A DNA stretch of 64,000 nt from an uncultured Planctomycetales bacterium (GCA_964645795.1 CAZYCL010000004.1:88292-152291), one strand, 5' to 3'. Positions 1-10,901 are shown, counted from the stretch's first letter. Made by a program: numbers and translations. Notes: a model not told the origin generated them from the letters alone.

Positions 1-339
1 GGCGCCGGTAAGATCATCGGAGTTACGGTCAATTCTTTGGAAGAAGCAAAGAAGGCGGCGCAGGAAGGCGCGGATTATTTGGGAGTGGGCCCGATATTCC
101 AGACCGCTACCAAAAAAGACGCCAAGGCGCCGGTTGGTCCGGTCCTGATACGCAGGATCAAACAAGCGCTGAATCTGCCGGTTGTGGCCATCGGAGGGAT
201 AAACCTCAATAATGCCGCAGGCATCATAAAGGCCGGGGCAGACGGGGTTTGCGCCATTTCGGCGGTCATGGGAAGCCGGGACATAAAGAAAGAGATAGCT
301 TCCTACCAGAAGCTTTTTAAAATACGGAGAGAGCCATGA
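1..339 (+). CDS. thiE: thiamine-phosphate synthase ThiE, 3' fragment (5' end lies outside the window)
   Basis: Frame 1 is open from base 1. The translation [33 protein letters not shown]...[29 protein letters not shown] is a typical ThiE/TMP-TENI C-terminal half (TIM-barrel phosphate-binding glycine stretch). Confidence 0.75.
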   Translation, partial: GAGKIIGVTVNSLEEAKKAAQEGADYLGVGPIFQTATKKDAKAPVGPVLIRRIKQALNLPVVAIGGINLNNAAGIIKAGADGVCAISAVMGSRDIKKEIASYQKLFKIRREP

Positions 340-1109
340 AGCTGGATGACATAAAGATATCGCGCGCAATAATCGAAAGCTACAGCAACAAACTGATCAA
401 GGCCCTGGACGTGGAGGTAGCTATTGTCGGGGCCGGCCCTGCAGGCATGAGCTGCGCCTATTACCTGGCCAGGCAGAAGAAAAACGTCGTTATCTTCGAA
501 AGTAAATTATCCGTCGGAGGCGGGATGTGGGGGGGCGGGGTGATGTTTAATGAAATAGTGGTCCAGGATAAGGCCATGCCGATCATGGATGAATTCGGAA
601 TAAGATGCACGACTTATGAAAAAGGCTATTATATCGCCGACTCTATCGAATCGGTGTCTACCATATGTTCTAAGACCGTAAAGGCCGGGGCCAGGATATT
701 CAATTTATTGAGCGCCGAAGACGTGATGATCAGGCGCGGCCGCATCTGTGGCCTGGTGCTCAACTGGACGGCCGTTGATATCGCCAGGCTCCATGTTGAC
801 CCGATCACCATGCGCGCGAAGTTCGTGGTAGACGCTACGGGGCACGCCGCGGAAGTAATCCATATCGCCGAGAGAAAGTCAGGGCTGAGATTAAAGACCA
901 GGACCGGCAAGATCATGGGGGAGCAGTCCATGTGGGCCGAGGCAGGGGAGGAGACGATCGTTAAAAACTCCAGGGAGGTTATGCCCGGTTTATACGCCTG
1001 CGGCATGTGCGCCAATGCCGTCTATGGCGCCCCGCGCATGGGGCCGATATTCGGCGGAATGCTTTTGTCTGGCAGAAAAGTCGCCTGCGAACTGTTAAAG
1101 AGGCTCTAA
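336..1109 (+). CDS. thi4: thiazole biosynthesis enzyme, Thi4/THI1 family (archaeal/anaerobe type)
   Basis: N-terminal FAD/NAD-binding glycine motif [18 protein letters not shown], conserved Thi4-like core and C-terminal PGLYACGM...[11 protein letters not shown]. Start ATGA-overlaps the thiE stop. Confidence 0.8.
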   Translation: MKLDDIKISRAIIESYSNKLIKALDVEVAIVGAGPAGMSCAYYLARQKKNVVIFESKLSVGGGMWGGGVMFNEIVVQDKAMPIMDEFGIRCTTYEKGYYIADSIESVSTICSKTVKAGARIFNLLSAEDVMIRRGRICGLVLNWTAVDIARLHVDPITMRAKFVVDATGHAAEVIHIAERKSGLRLKTRTGKIMGEQSMWAEAGEETIVKNSREVMPGLYACGMCANAVYGAPRMGPIFGGMLLSGRKVACELLKRL

Positions 1110-1115
1110 ATCCGC

Positions 1116-1793
1116 ATGTACCGTCCGCTTAAGCTAAAAGTCCGCCCTTCTAAGGCCGTAGTTTTCTTCGATTTCGACAGGACCATCGCCAGCATCGATA
1201 CCTTTGACGACCTGATCTTGCGCTACTCCGTTGACAAAAGATGGGTCAAGATCGAAGAGGACTGGAAGGAAGGCTTGATCGGTTCAAGGGTCTGCCTTTC
1301 AGAGCAGCTTAAGGGTGTCAGGATCCGCAAAAAAGAGCTGGATGCCTACCTCAAAAGGATCAAGATCGACCCCGGATTTAAGATGCTGCTGGGGTTCCTA
1401 AAGAAAAAAAAGATAAAGACATTCATCCTGAGCGATAACTTCGACTACATCCTTAAGAGCATACTTAAGAATAACGGGATCGGCCGCTTAAAGGTTTATT
1501 GCAATAAGCTTAAGATCCAGGGAGACAGGCTTGTGCCGTCTTTCCCGATGCAAAACAAAAAATGCCGCAAGTGCGGCCATTGCAAGGAAAAAAACCTCTT
1601 GGCAAATACAGGCGTGGATTCTATAATATATTATATAGGTGATGGACGTTGTGATATCTGCCCGGCTTTACAGGCAGATTTTGTTTTTGCCAAGGACAGC
1701 CTCCTTCAATACTTCAGGGGCGCGGGGCTGGAGTGCAGTCCTTTCGCAAACCTTGGTAGCGTGCACAGAGAATTGAAGAGGAGCATCGCATGA
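1116..1793 (+). CDS. HAD-superfamily (subfamily IB-like) hydrolase with C-terminal Cys cluster
   Basis: HAD motif I VVFFDFDRTI, downstream ILSDNF/GDGRCDICPA motifs, and a CRKCGHC cluster. Confidence 0.55.
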   Translation: MYRPLKLKVRPSKAVVFFDFDRTIASIDTFDDLILRYSVDKRWVKIEEDWKEGLIGSRVCLSEQLKGVRIRKKELDAYLKRIKIDPGFKMLLGFLKKKKIKTFILSDNFDYILKSILKNNGIGRLKVYCNKLKIQGDRLVPSFPMQNKKCRKCGHCKEKNLLANTGVDSIIYYIGDGRCDICPALQADFVFAKDSLLQYFRGAGLECSPFANLGSVHRELKRSIA

Positions 1794-3205
1794 GCCAAAG
1801 ACAGCTTCAGAAAACAGCCAAAAACGGTCAACAGCAAAAAAACAACAACCTGCTCGATATAGAAGCGCGTTACTGCTCCTGGGGAGATACTGTCCATTAC
1901 TCCCCCAATCCCACTATCTTCAAATCTTGCCAGGGAAGTTTTCTTTATGACCGGGAAGGCACGCCGTATCTTGACCTGCAGATGTGGTATTCGGCGGTCA
2001 ACTTCGGCTACCGCAACAAAAGGCTTAATTCAGCGCTTAAGAAACAGATCGATACCCTGCCGCAGCTGGCCTGTCAGTACCTGCATGAAGAAAAGATACG
2101 GCTGGCAACCAAGCTCTGTCAGAAGAACGAGATGGCCTTTGAAGAGAAAGGTAGGGTGCATTTTAACGTCGGCGGTTCCAGCGCCCTGGAAGATTCCCTG
2201 AAGCTGGTCAGGAACTACACCGGCAGAAGCCTGGTGTTTGCCTTTATGGGCGGCTACCACGGCAGGACCCTGGCAGCATCCGCTATCACCTCAAGCTTCC
2301 GCTACCGCGAGCGCTTCGGGCATTTCGGGGAGCGGGCCTTGTTTGTGCCTTATCCCTATTGTTTCCGTTGCCCCTACGATAAGAAGAGGGAGTTCTGTAA
2401 TTTTTACTGCCTTAAGCAGTTCGCCAGGCTTTTTGAGACCGAGTACCACGCGGTGGTCAACAAAAAGAACAACAAATGCGAGTTCGCCGCCTTTTATGTC
2501 GAGCCGGTGCAGGGGACCGGCGGCTATATCGTGCCGCCCCAGGATTATTTTACCGGCCTGAAGGAGATCCTGGATGCCTACAACATTCTGTTGGTAGACG
2601 ACGAGATCCAGATGGGCATATGCAGGACCGGCAAGTTCTGGGCCATCGAGCATTTCGGCGTTACTCCCGATATCATCGTTTTCGGCAAGGCCCTCACCAA
2701 CGGACTTAATCCCTTGTCCGGGGTATGGGCCAAAGATAAGCTTATCTCTCCGCAGGTTTTTCCTCCGGGGTCCACCCACTCTACCTTCTCTTCTAATCCG
2801 CTGGGGACAGCAGTAGCCCTGGAGACCATGAAGCTTATAGAGGAGTCGAACTTTTCGGTATCCATCCCCAAAAAGGGGGAGTATTTTATCGCCCGCCTTA
2901 AGAAGCTTCAGAAAAAATATCCCCAGATAGGGGACGTAGACGGCCTTGGGCTGGCCTTAAGGGTCGAGATCTGCCAGAAAGACGGCTACACTCCCAATAA
3001 GGAGCTGACCGACGCCATCACCGAGATAGGCCTGGGCGGCAGGCTCTCTGCCGGCGGAAAGCGCAAGGGTCTGATACTGGATGTCGGAGGATACTATAAG
3101 AACGTCTTTACCCTGGCCCCCTCTTTCTACATCAGCGAAAAAGAGATCGACCTTGGCGTTGAGCTCTTTGAAGAAGCCTTGATTAAGGCGCTAAAGGGTC
3201 TTTAG
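1790..3205 (+). CDS. class-III (PLP-dependent) aminotransferase
   Basis: 471 aa with an aminotransferase class-III fold signature: [15 protein letters not shown]-lysine region [15 protein letters not shown]...[12 protein letters not shown]-overlaps the upstream stop. Confidence 0.75.
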   Translation: MSQRQLQKTAKNGQQQKNNNLLDIEARYCSWGDTVHYSPNPTIFKSCQGSFLYDREGTPYLDLQMWYSAVNFGYRNKRLNSALKKQIDTLPQLACQYLHEEKIRLATKLCQKNEMAFEEKGRVHFNVGGSSALEDSLKLVRNYTGRSLVFAFMGGYHGRTLAASAITSSFRYRERFGHFGERALFVPYPYCFRCPYDKKREFCNFYCLKQFARLFETEYHAVVNKKNNKCEFAAFYVEPVQGTGGYIVPPQDYFTGLKEILDAYNILLVDDEIQMGICRTGKFWAIEHFGVTPDIIVFGKALTNGLNPLSGVWAKDKLISPQVFPPGSTHSTFSSNPLGTAVALETMKLIEESNFSVSIPKKGEYFIARLKKLQKKYPQIGDVDGLGLALRVEICQKDGYTPNKELTDAITEIGLGGRLSAGGKRKGLILDVGGYYKNVFTLAPSFYISEKEIDLGVELFEEALIKALKGL

Positions 3206-3312
3206 GGTTTGCCTTCTTCGCACTTCATGATAGATTTTCCCGCCAAAAATTTCGCTTCGTACGAATTAAAGGGAGGATTGTTCTGGAAAAGGCCATTCTT
3301 ACCATAGCGGGC

Positions 3313-5517
3313 ATGCATTGCGCTTCCTGCGCCGTTAATATCGAACGGGTGTTAAAAAATACTCCGGGCATTGAAACTGCGGCGGTAAACTTCGCGCTTG
3401 AGAAGGCCTATATCAAGTTTGACCCGCAGGCAATAACGCTCGCGGGCATAAAGAAAAAGATCGAGAATGCCGGGTATCTGGCGGTATTTGCGTATAGGCA
3501 CGATGCCGGCGATCCCCTTGACGCCGAAAGCCTCCTGCAGTCCAGAGAAATATCTTCATTAAAGTCAAAGTTCATCTCCTCGTTTTTGCTTTCCCTGCCC
3601 CTGGCTTTTATGGCTTTATCGGAAAGCTTCAACATCCGCCTTCCCGCCTTCTTTTCTCATAATGCCATACTGGCGCAATTCGCCCTGGCCAGCGCGGTCA
3701 TGCTTTTAGGCCACCAGTTCTTTATCCGCGGACTGGTCTCGGTGTTAAAGACAAGACTGGCGAACATGGATACCCTTATCAGCCTGGGCGTAGGCTCTGC
3801 CTATCTTTACAGCCTTATAGTCTCATTGCTTATCTGGTCCGGCTCAAGAGACAAGGGCCACCTCTATTATGACAGCGCCGCTTTTCTTATCAGTTTTATC
3901 CTCCTGGGCAAGTTTTTAGAGTCGGTGGCCCGCGGTAAAGCATCCGAGGCGATAAAAAAGCTTATTGATCTAAGGCCTAAGACCGCCCTGGTTATACGTC
4001 AGGGCAAGGAGGAAGAGATAGCGGTTAGTGATGTGGTAGCCGGGGATATCATAGTGGTCAAGCCCGGGCAAAGGATACCTGTCGACGGAGTGATCCTTGA
4101 AGGGCATTCCCGGGTGGATGAGTCGATGATCACCGGGGAGAGCATGCCGGTGGAAAAGCTCATCGGTCATGAGGTTATAGGCGCCACTATCAATAAGACC
4201 GGATCTTTTAAATTTAAGGCCGGGAAAGTAGGCAAAGATACGGTGCTTGCCCAGATCATAAAGCTGGTACAGGAGGCGCAGGGGTCAAAGGCGGCGATCC
4301 AGGAGATCGCCGATAAGGTCTCGGCGTATTTCGTGCCTTCGGTGCTGGTAATAGGGATAATTACTTTTTACGTATGGTTTTTGTCCGGCAAGGGCATTGC
4401 CTTTGCCCTGGACAACTTTATTTCGGTTTTGATCATCGCCTGCCCGTGCGCTTTGGGGCTGGCAACCCCCACTGCGGTTATCGTAGGTACGGCAGTTGCC
4501 GCGCGTAACGGCATCCTGATAAAGAATGCGCGCAGCCTGGAGCTGGCCCATAAGATACGTTCGGTGGTATTTGATAAGACCGGGACCCTGACGGAGGGCA
4601 AGCCCGTGGTCACCGACGTCATCGCGCTCCCCGGTCACGACCGCAAGGCGCTCTTGAAGTATGCAGCCATAGCCGAAAAGCGTTCGCAGCACCCTTTGGC
4701 AGAAGCGGTAGTGGCCGCGGCTAAAGAAGAAGGGCTGGATATCGAAGAGCCGGACGCATTTAATTCTCTCACCGCCAAAGGGGTGATCGCCCGTTTCAAA
4801 GGGGACATAATCCTTTTGGGTAACCGCGTGCTTTTCTCGGAAAGAAAAGTCGATATTGCGCCCATCCAGGATGAGCTGAAGAACTTGGAGTTACAGGGAA
4901 AGACTACGGTCGCGGTGTCTTTTAAAAATGAACTGCTGGGGGCGATCGCCTGCAGGGACGTGCTTAAAAAACAGGCTAAGAGGGCGGTAGATGTTCTTAA
5001 GAAATCCGCAAGGCAAGTATCTATGATCACCGGAGATAATTTCTCTACAGCCGCAGTCATAGCCAAAGAGGCCGGGATAACCGAAGTTTATGCCCAGCTT
5101 CTCCCGCAGGACAAGGTTGCCCAGATCAAGAAGCTGCAGGGTATGGGGCTGGAGGTAGCTATGGTAGGGGACGGGATCAATGATGCCCCGGCCCTGGCTG
5201 CCGCGGACATCGGTATTGCCATAGGCGCAGGTACCGATGTGGCGCTGGAGTCCGCAGACATTATCCTGATGAAAGATGACCCCATGGATGTTGCGGTGGC
5301 CCTGGACCTGTCGCGTTACTGCATGAAGAAGATAAAGCAGAATCTTTTTTGGGCCTTTGTCTATAATTTGACCGCTATTCCCCTGGCCGCAGGCTTGCTC
5401 TATCCCTTTACGGGCTTTCTTCTCAACCCCGTTATTGCCGCCGCGGCCATGGCTTTCAGTTCGGTAAGCGTAGTGACCAACTCGCTTTTTATGTATGGGT
5501 ACAGAAAAAATACTTGA
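3313..5517 (+). CDS. copA: copper-translocating P-type ATPase (CopA-like) with N-terminal HMA domain
   Basis: GMHCASC metal-binding motif, CPC transmembrane motif ([13 protein letters not shown]), DKTGTLT phosphorylation site, [10 protein letters not shown] hinge. The HMA domain continues in frame upstream of the first ATG, so a non-ATG start (ATT 3277 or CTG 3283, after SD AAAGGGAGGA) is possible. Confidence 0.85.
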   Translation: MHCASCAVNIERVLKNTPGIETAAVNFALEKAYIKFDPQAITLAGIKKKIENAGYLAVFAYRHDAGDPLDAESLLQSREISSLKSKFISSFLLSLPLAFMALSESFNIRLPAFFSHNAILAQFALASAVMLLGHQFFIRGLVSVLKTRLANMDTLISLGVGSAYLYSLIVSLLIWSGSRDKGHLYYDSAAFLISFILLGKFLESVARGKASEAIKKLIDLRPKTALVIRQGKEEEIAVSDVVAGDIIVVKPGQRIPVDGVILEGHSRVDESMITGESMPVEKLIGHEVIGATINKTGSFKFKAGKVGKDTVLAQIIKLVQEAQGSKAAIQEIADKVSAYFVPSVLVIGIITFYVWFLSGKGIAFALDNFISVLIIACPCALGLATPTAVIVGTAVAARNGILIKNARSLELAHKIRSVVFDKTGTLTEGKPVVTDVIALPGHDRKALLKYAAIAEKRSQHPLAEAVVAAAKEEGLDIEEPDAFNSLTAKGVIARFKGDIILLGNRVLFSERKVDIAPIQDELKNLELQGKTTVAVSFKNELLGAIACRDVLKKQAKRAVDVLKKSARQVSMITGDNFSTAAVIAKEAGITEVYAQLLPQDKVAQIKKLQGMGLEVAMVGDGINDAPALAAADIGIAIGAGTDVALESADIILMKDDPMDVAVALDLSRYCMKKIKQNLFWAFVYNLTAIPLAAGLLYPFTGFLLNPVIAAAAMAFSSVSVVTNSLFMYGYRKNT

Positions 5518-5542
5518 CAAGTAGTATATTTTGGTCTATACT
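5514..5542 (+). promoter_or_regulatory. near-consensus sigma70 promoter (TTGACA-17 bp-TATACT) with overlapping imperfect palindrome
   Basis: TTGACA at 5514-5519, a 17-nt spacer and TATACT at 5537-5542, 34 bp upstream of the Rrf2 gene. AGTAGTATA...TATACTCTACT is an imperfect inverted repeat across the spacer and -10 element. Confidence 0.55.
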
Positions 5543-5575
5543 CTACTATGTTGATAGGGATTATAGGAGTTAGCT

Positions 5576-6016
5576 ATGCGCATTACTTACAAAGGCGATT
5601 ACGCCCTGAAGACCTTATTGAACCTGGCCCAGCATTACGGGGAGAGGCCGATAAGCATATCTGATTTGGCGGAGCGCGCGGATATCCCGATAAAGTTCCT
5701 GGAGCAGATATTGCTCGATCTTAAAAGAGGCGGATTTGTGGACAGCAGAAGAGGCAAGGTCGGAGGCTATCTCTTAGCCAGGCATCCGGGGAAGATAAAG
5801 CTGGGAGAGGTCATACGTTTTGTGGACGGGCCGATCGAGCCGGTTGCCTGCGTTAACGCCAAGTACAAAGGCTGCAACGATATCGGCAGGTGCGTGTTCC
5901 GCAGTATATGGAGAAAGATACATGACTCTACTTCACACATTGTCGATCAGATCAGCTTTGAGGAGCTGGTAAAAAGAGCAGGCACCAACAGCGTTAAATA
6001 CGACTACCAGATCTGA
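5576..6016 (+). CDS. Rrf2-family transcriptional regulator (IscR/CymR-like)
   Basis: 146 aa with an N-terminal winged-HTH typical of Rrf2 ([60 protein letters not shown]) and a Cys cluster at [15 protein letters not shown]. Confidence 0.85.
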   Translation: MRITYKGDYALKTLLNLAQHYGERPISISDLAERADIPIKFLEQILLDLKRGGFVDSRRGKVGGYLLARHPGKIKLGEVIRFVDGPIEPVACVNAKYKGCNDIGRCVFRSIWRKIHDSTSHIVDQISFEELVKRAGTNSVKYDYQI

Positions 6017-6018
6017 TT

Positions 6019-6939
6019 ATGAAAATAGCCAAAGATATAACCAGGCTTATCGGCTCCACGCCGCTGGTGCGCCTGAACAGGATAACGGGAGGCTGCCTTG
6101 CGCAGGTGGTGGCAAAGCTTGAGTCTTTTAACCCCTGTTCTTCGGTCAAGGACCGGATTGGCTTGGCCATGATCGAGCAGGCAGAGAAGGACGCAAGGTT
6201 GCGCCAGGATTCCGTTATAGTCGAGCCTACCTCGGGCAATACGGGCATTGCACTGGCATTTGTAGCGGCGGTTAAGGGGTATAAATTGATACTGACCATG
6301 CCCGAGACGATGAGCATCGAGCGCCGCAAGCTCCTGTCCGCTTTTGGCGCCGAAATAATCCTGACCCCGGGGCCTGAAGGGATGCTGGGTGCGGTGCGCA
6401 AGGCAGAAGAGATCGCCCGCGGAAATAAGAAATATTTTATGCTTCAACAGTTTGAGAATCCGGCAAATCCAGATATCCACCGCAAGACCACGGCTTTGGA
6501 GATCTGGAAGGATACGCAAGGCAAAGTGGATATAGTAGTGGCGGGAGTGGGAACCGGAGGCACAATTACAGGCATCTCCCAGGTATTAAAAAAGAAAAAG
6601 CCTTCTTTGAAGGTCTTTGCTGTGGAGCCTGCCGATTCTCCTGTTTTATCAGGGGGTAAGGCATCTACGCACAAAATACAGGGTATCGGCGCCGGCTTTA
6701 TCCCCAAAGTGCTCGACCGCAGCGTTATCGATGAAGTTATACAGGTCGGCAATGACGAAGCCATAGATACCAGCCGGCAGCTTGCCAGGCAGGAGGGGAT
6801 ACTTGCCGGTATATCTTCGGGGGCGGCAGCCGCGGCTGCGATAAGGGTCGCTAAAAGAAAAGAATTCAAGGATAGGCTAATAGTGGTAATCTTTCCGGAC
6901 TCCGCAGAAAGGTATTTGAGTACGGAGTTGTTCGTTTAA
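6019..6939 (+). CDS. cysK: cysteine synthase A (O-acetylserine sulfhydrylase)
   Basis: PLP-lysine motif [20 protein letters not shown](ITG) loop, SSGAA. 306 aa. Confidence 0.9.
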   Translation: MKIAKDITRLIGSTPLVRLNRITGGCLAQVVAKLESFNPCSSVKDRIGLAMIEQAEKDARLRQDSVIVEPTSGNTGIALAFVAAVKGYKLILTMPETMSIERRKLLSAFGAEIILTPGPEGMLGAVRKAEEIARGNKKYFMLQQFENPANPDIHRKTTALEIWKDTQGKVDIVVAGVGTGGTITGISQVLKKKKPSLKVFAVEPADSPVLSGGKASTHKIQGIGAGFIPKVLDRSVIDEVIQVGNDEAIDTSRQLARQEGILAGISSGAAAAAAIRVAKRKEFKDRLIVVIFPDSAERYLSTELFV

Positions 6940-6953
6940 CAAAGGAGGCGGTT

Positions 6954-7178
6954 ATGTTAAGGGAAAAAATCGAAAAAGCCCTGGACAGGGTCAGGCCGAT
7001 GCTGGCAGCAGACGGCGGCAATGTAGAGTTTGTGGATGTGAGCGAGGCGGGAGTGGTGAAACTGAGGCTTAAAGGCGCCTGCGGAAGTTGCCCGATGAGC
7101 CAGATGACCCTTAAGATGGGCATAGAAAAGGTATTAAAGCAGGAGGTCCCTGAAGTAAAAGAGGTTATCGCGGTTTAG
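6954..7178 (+). CDS. NifU-like (Nfu) Fe-S cluster scaffold/carrier domain protein
   Basis: 74 aa with the CGSCPMS (CxxC) motif in a Nfu/NifU C-terminal domain context (LRLKGACGSCPMSQMTLKMGIE). Confidence 0.8.
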   Translation: MLREKIEKALDRVRPMLAADGGNVEFVDVSEAGVVKLRLKGACGSCPMSQMTLKMGIEKVLKQEVPEVKEVIAV

Positions 7179-7201
7179 CAAACGCTAAAGGAGTAGCGGC
7201 C

Positions 7202-8404
7202 ATGAAGACGATCAAAGAGATAAATGAGAAGATAAAGAAAGGCCAGGCAGTGGTGGTGACTGCCGAAGAGATCATTGAGCTCGTAGAGAAAAAGGGCGCC
7301 AGGAAAGCCGCCCAGGAAGTCGACGTGGTCACTACCGGCACGTTCGGACCGATGTGTTCTTCGGGGGCATACTTCAATATCGGCCACTCCAAGCCCAGGA
7401 TAAAGCTGGGTGGCGGGGTTTGCAAGTTGAACGATGTCCCTGCCTACTGCGGTTTTGCGGCCGCGGACATTTACCTGGGGGCCACAGCCATACCGGATGA
7501 TGACCCGCGCAACAAAGTCTTTCCCGGCGAGTTTAAATACGGCGGCGGCCATGTCATCCAGGAGCTGGTAGAGGGAAAAGAGATCAGGCTTGAGGCCGCA
7601 ACCTATGGGACAGACTGTTACCCGCGTAAAAAGCTGGCTACCTATATAGACCTGAAAGGTTTGAATGAGGCGGTCCTTTTTAATATCCGCAACTGTTATC
7701 AAAACTATAATGTCGCAGTCAACTTATCGGAAAAGATGATCTATACCTATATGGGAGCCCTAAAGCCGAACCTCGGCAATGCCAATTATTGCTCCGCCGG
7801 CCAACTTTCTCCTTTATTGAAGGACCCGTACTATAAGACCATCGGAGTAGGCTCCAGGATATTTCTCGCAGGAGGAGTCGGATATGTTGCCTGGCACGGC
7901 ACACAGCATAATCCTTCGGTTGCCAGAAAGGCAAACGGCGTTCCCCAGGCAGGTGCCGGGACTCTTGCAGTAATCGGCGACCTAAAACAAATGAAACCGG
8001 AGTGGCTTTTAGGCACAAGCATGCTTGGTTATGGCTCCAGCCTTATAGTCGGCATCGGAGTGCCCATACCCGTGCTTGACGAGGAGGTAGCCAGGTTTGC
8101 GGCAGCCAAAGACGAAGAGATCTATGCCCAGGTTATCGACTACAGCAATAATTACCCGAATTGTATCGCCGGTTCCCTGGCCGAGGTAAATTACGCCCAG
8201 CTTCGTTCGGGCAAGATCGTCGTTAACGGCAAGTCCGCGCCCACCGGAACGCTCTCCAGTTACTCCAAGGCACGCCAGATCTGTGAAGAGCTTAAGTCTT
8301 GGATCAAGAGAGGAGAGTTCTTGCTTACCGAACCGGTAGCGCCTCTGCCCGGGGCAGAATCAGGCTATACCTTCAGGATGTTGGATGAAAAACCGTTAAG
8401 TTAA
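7202..8404 (+). CDS. COG1900/DUF39 family protein (sulfide-dependent homocysteine biosynthesis protein)
   Basis: 400 aa. Family assignment is by similarity pattern and by the conserved adjacency to a NIL-domain ferredoxin, as in the MA1821/MA1822 system. Confidence 0.6.
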   Translation: MKTIKEINEKIKKGQAVVVTAEEIIELVEKKGARKAAQEVDVVTTGTFGPMCSSGAYFNIGHSKPRIKLGGGVCKLNDVPAYCGFAAADIYLGATAIPDDDPRNKVFPGEFKYGGGHVIQELVEGKEIRLEAATYGTDCYPRKKLATYIDLKGLNEAVLFNIRNCYQNYNVAVNLSEKMIYTYMGALKPNLGNANYCSAGQLSPLLKDPYYKTIGVGSRIFLAGGVGYVAWHGTQHNPSVARKANGVPQAGAGTLAVIGDLKQMKPEWLLGTSMLGYGSSLIVGIGVPIPVLDEEVARFAAAKDEEIYAQVIDYSNNYPNCIAGSLAEVNYAQLRSGKIVVNGKSAPTGTLSSYSKARQICEELKSWIKRGEFLLTEPVAPLPGAESGYTFRMLDEKPLS

Positions 8405-8419
8405 AGGGGGAGAGCCAAG

Positions 8420-8827
8420 ATGGTTTCCACGAGGATCGTTCTGCATTTTCCTTACCGGCTGGTAGACCAGCCCATAGTTTATAAGCTGGTCAAAGAGTAT
8501 GACCTAAGCTTCAATATCCTGAAGGCCTATGTTACTCCCCAGGAAGAGGGGCTGATGGTTTTGGAGCTTACGGGCGAGAAGGACAACTTTGACAAGGGGA
8601 TAGAGTATCTGCAGAGCTGCGGGGTAAGGATCCAGCCCTTAAGCCAGGATGTCATCCGCAACCAGGCCAAATGTACCGATTGCGGCGTCTGCGTCCCCAT
8701 ATGTCCGGCAGAGGCATTGGTGGTCGATCCCAAATCCAAAAAAGTACTTTTCTACGATAATAAGTGCATCGCTTGCGAGCTCTGTGTCAAGATCTGTCCC
8801 ACCCGGGCCATGGAAGTCAGATTTTAG
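8420..8827 (+). CDS. NIL-domain protein fused to 2x[4Fe-4S] ferredoxin (partner of COG1900)
   Basis: N-terminal NIL-like domain (LSFNILKAYVTPQEEGLMVLELTG) followed by two CxxCxxCxxxCP motifs (CTDCGVCVPICP, CIACELCVKICP). Confidence 0.75.
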   Translation: MVSTRIVLHFPYRLVDQPIVYKLVKEYDLSFNILKAYVTPQEEGLMVLELTGEKDNFDKGIEYLQSCGVRIQPLSQDVIRNQAKCTDCGVCVPICPAEALVVDPKSKKVLFYDNKCIACELCVKICPTRAMEVRF

Positions 8828-8829
8828 TA

Positions 8830-9639
8830 ATGAAGGCCGCCGTCAGAAAACTAGCCAAGCTTGAGCGTATAATCAAGGGGTGCGGTTCCTGCGTGGTCGC
8901 TTATTCCGGAGGCCTGGACAGCAGTTTTCTTCTCCACGTCGCCAGCCGCCTGCTGGCTGCCCGTAGCGTCTTGGCAGTAACAGCCGACTCCGAACTTTAC
9001 CCCTCCAAAGAGCTGGAGTTCGCAAAATCAGTATGCGGCAAGCTCGGCATCAGGCAGAAGGTAATAAGAACAAGGCAGCTGCAAAACAAGGCTTTTATCA
9101 AAAATAGCCCCCAGCGCTGTTATATATGCAAAAAAGGGCTTTTGAAAGAATGCTGGAAGATCGCCAGGGCCAAGCGCCTAAAATACGTCTTTGATGCCGC
9201 CAATATTTCCGATAGGGCCGATTTTCGCCCCGGAGAAAAGGCAAAGAAAGAGCTTAGGGTCCGCTCTCCTCTGGTCGAGGCCCGGATAAATAAAGACGAG
9301 ATACGTTATCTTAGCCGCAGGCTAGGCCTTGCGACCTGGGATAAACCTGCACTGGCCTGCCTTGCCTCCAGGATACCTTATGGCAGACAGATAACTCATG
9401 CGGCGCTGTCACGGATAGGCAAGGCCGAGGATTATTTGCTCCGGCAAGGCTTCAGCCAGGCAAGGGCCAGGGACTATGGAGACATCTGCAGGATCGAAGT
9501 GCCAGTAAATAAATTAAAACAGCTGTTAAGAAAGAAAAACGCGGTGGTAAAGACCCTTAAGAAAGCAGGATATAAATATGTTACGGCGGATCTGGAAGGC
9601 TACCGCCAAGGCAGCCTGAATGAGGCGTTTAAAAAATGA
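8830..9639 (+). CDS. PP-loop ATP pyrophosphatase family protein (LarE-like / TIGR00268-type sulfur-transferase ATPase)
   Basis: SGGLDSS PP-loop motif near the N-terminus. Start reassigned to ATG 8830, which follows the NIL-Fd stop; the six-frame ORF begins at 8764 inside the upstream gene. Confidence 0.7.
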   Translation: MKAAVRKLAKLERIIKGCGSCVVAYSGGLDSSFLLHVASRLLAARSVLAVTADSELYPSKELEFAKSVCGKLGIRQKVIRTRQLQNKAFIKNSPQRCYICKKGLLKECWKIARAKRLKYVFDAANISDRADFRPGEKAKKELRVRSPLVEARINKDEIRYLSRRLGLATWDKPALACLASRIPYGRQITHAALSRIGKAEDYLLRQGFSQARARDYGDICRIEVPVNKLKQLLRKKNAVVKTLKKAGYKYVTADLEGYRQGSLNEAFKK

Positions 9640-10799
9640 AAAAGATATATTTTGATTACGCCGCCACCACCCCAACAGACCCGGAAGTCACAAGGGCCAT
9701 GGAGCCTTACTACTTTGAGAAGTTCGGCAACGCCTCCAGCTTCCACGGGTTCGGGCAAGAGGCAAAAAAAGGCGTGGAAGACGCACGGGAGGCGCTGGCT
9801 TCATTTCTGGGGGCCAGGCCCGAAGAGATAATCTTTACTTGCGGCGGGACAGAATCGAATAATTTCGTAATTCAGGGGGTTAGCGCGGCAATGAAAGAGA
9901 AGGGCAACCATATCATAACCAGCGCTATCGAACACCATTCTGTCGGCGAGCCCTGCCAGCACTTGGAGAAGAAGGGTTTTAAAGTGACTTATGTCGGCGT
10001 GGATAAGTACGGAGTGGTCTCTGCGCAGGAGATAAAACAAGCGATAACCGATAAGACCATACTTATAAGCGTAATGCACGCCAATAATGAGATCGGTTCG
10101 ATACAACCTATTGCCCAGATCGGCCGGATAGCCAGGGAAAAGGGGGTGTATTTCCATACTGATGCGGTGCAGACCGTCGGCCATATCCCTACCGACGTAA
10201 ACGAGCTTAATGTGGATTTTTTGTCGCTTTCAGCGCATAAATTCTACGGCCCCAAGGGCGTCGGCGCCTTATATGTAAGAAAGGGGAGTAAAATCCATCC
10301 GTATTTGCGCGGAGGGGGCCAGGAGAGAGGCAGGCGCGCATCAACGCTTAACAGCCCCGGTATCGTAGGCCTGGGTAAGGCTATCCAGATATGCGCCAAA
10401 GAAATGGAAAAGGAAGCCGGTTTTCAGTCCGGCCTTCGCGACAAGATCATCTTTGAGGTAAAAAAGCGCATCCCCGAGGTGTATCTTAACGGCCATCCGA
10501 CCGAAAGGCTGCCCAATAACGTAAATTTTTCGGTCAAATACATAGAAGGGGAGTCGATGCTTTTACGCCTTGATATGCAGGGTATCGCTGCTTCCAGTGG
10601 TTCGGCCTGCACTTCGGCTACGCTTGAGCCTTCGCACGTGCTCTTGGCAACGGGTCTGGAGCATGATCTGGCCCACGGCTCATTAAGGGTGACTCTGGGC
10701 AGGTGGAGCTGCCGGGAAGAAGTAGATTATTTTCTGGAGTGTTTTCCCGGGATAGTGGACAAGCTGCGCCGGATGTCGCCGCTTTACGAAGAAAAATAA
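9636..10799 (+). CDS. iscS: cysteine desulfurase (NifS/IscS family, class-V aminotransferase)
   Basis: PLP-lysine SLSAHKFYGPKGVGALY, active-site Cys loop SSGSACTS, 387 aa. ATGA-overlaps the upstream stop. Confidence 0.9.
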   Translation: MKKIYFDYAATTPTDPEVTRAMEPYYFEKFGNASSFHGFGQEAKKGVEDAREALASFLGARPEEIIFTCGGTESNNFVIQGVSAAMKEKGNHIITSAIEHHSVGEPCQHLEKKGFKVTYVGVDKYGVVSAQEIKQAITDKTILISVMHANNEIGSIQPIAQIGRIAREKGVYFHTDAVQTVGHIPTDVNELNVDFLSLSAHKFYGPKGVGALYVRKGSKIHPYLRGGGQERGRRASTLNSPGIVGLGKAIQICAKEMEKEAGFQSGLRDKIIFEVKKRIPEVYLNGHPTERLPNNVNFSVKYIEGESMLLRLDMQGIAASSGSACTSATLEPSHVLLATGLEHDLAHGSLRVTLGRWSCREEVDYFLECFPGIVDKLRRMSPLYEEK

Positions 10800-10901
10800 A
10801 CCGCATGCCGTGGCGCTCAAACATCCTCGCCGTGCCGAGATCGCCCCGCCTATGGCGGGGCCTTAGTCTATGTGAAAGGGCACTTTTAAATTTAGACCAA
10901 C

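Noticed and set aside
4891-5520. 209-aa minus-strand ORF (and others at 4285-4692, 4635-5066) inside the copA gene
   Set aside because: It is antisense to a P-type ATPase with all canonical motifs in the plus frame. There are no start-site signals or family resemblance.
10843-10861. GC-rich hairpin GCCCCGCC-tat-GGCGGGGC after iscS, considered as an intrinsic terminator
   Set aside because: It is not followed by a U-run (CTTAGTCTATG), so classic Rho-independent termination is unlikely. It may still be a stabilising 3' stem-loop. Not called.
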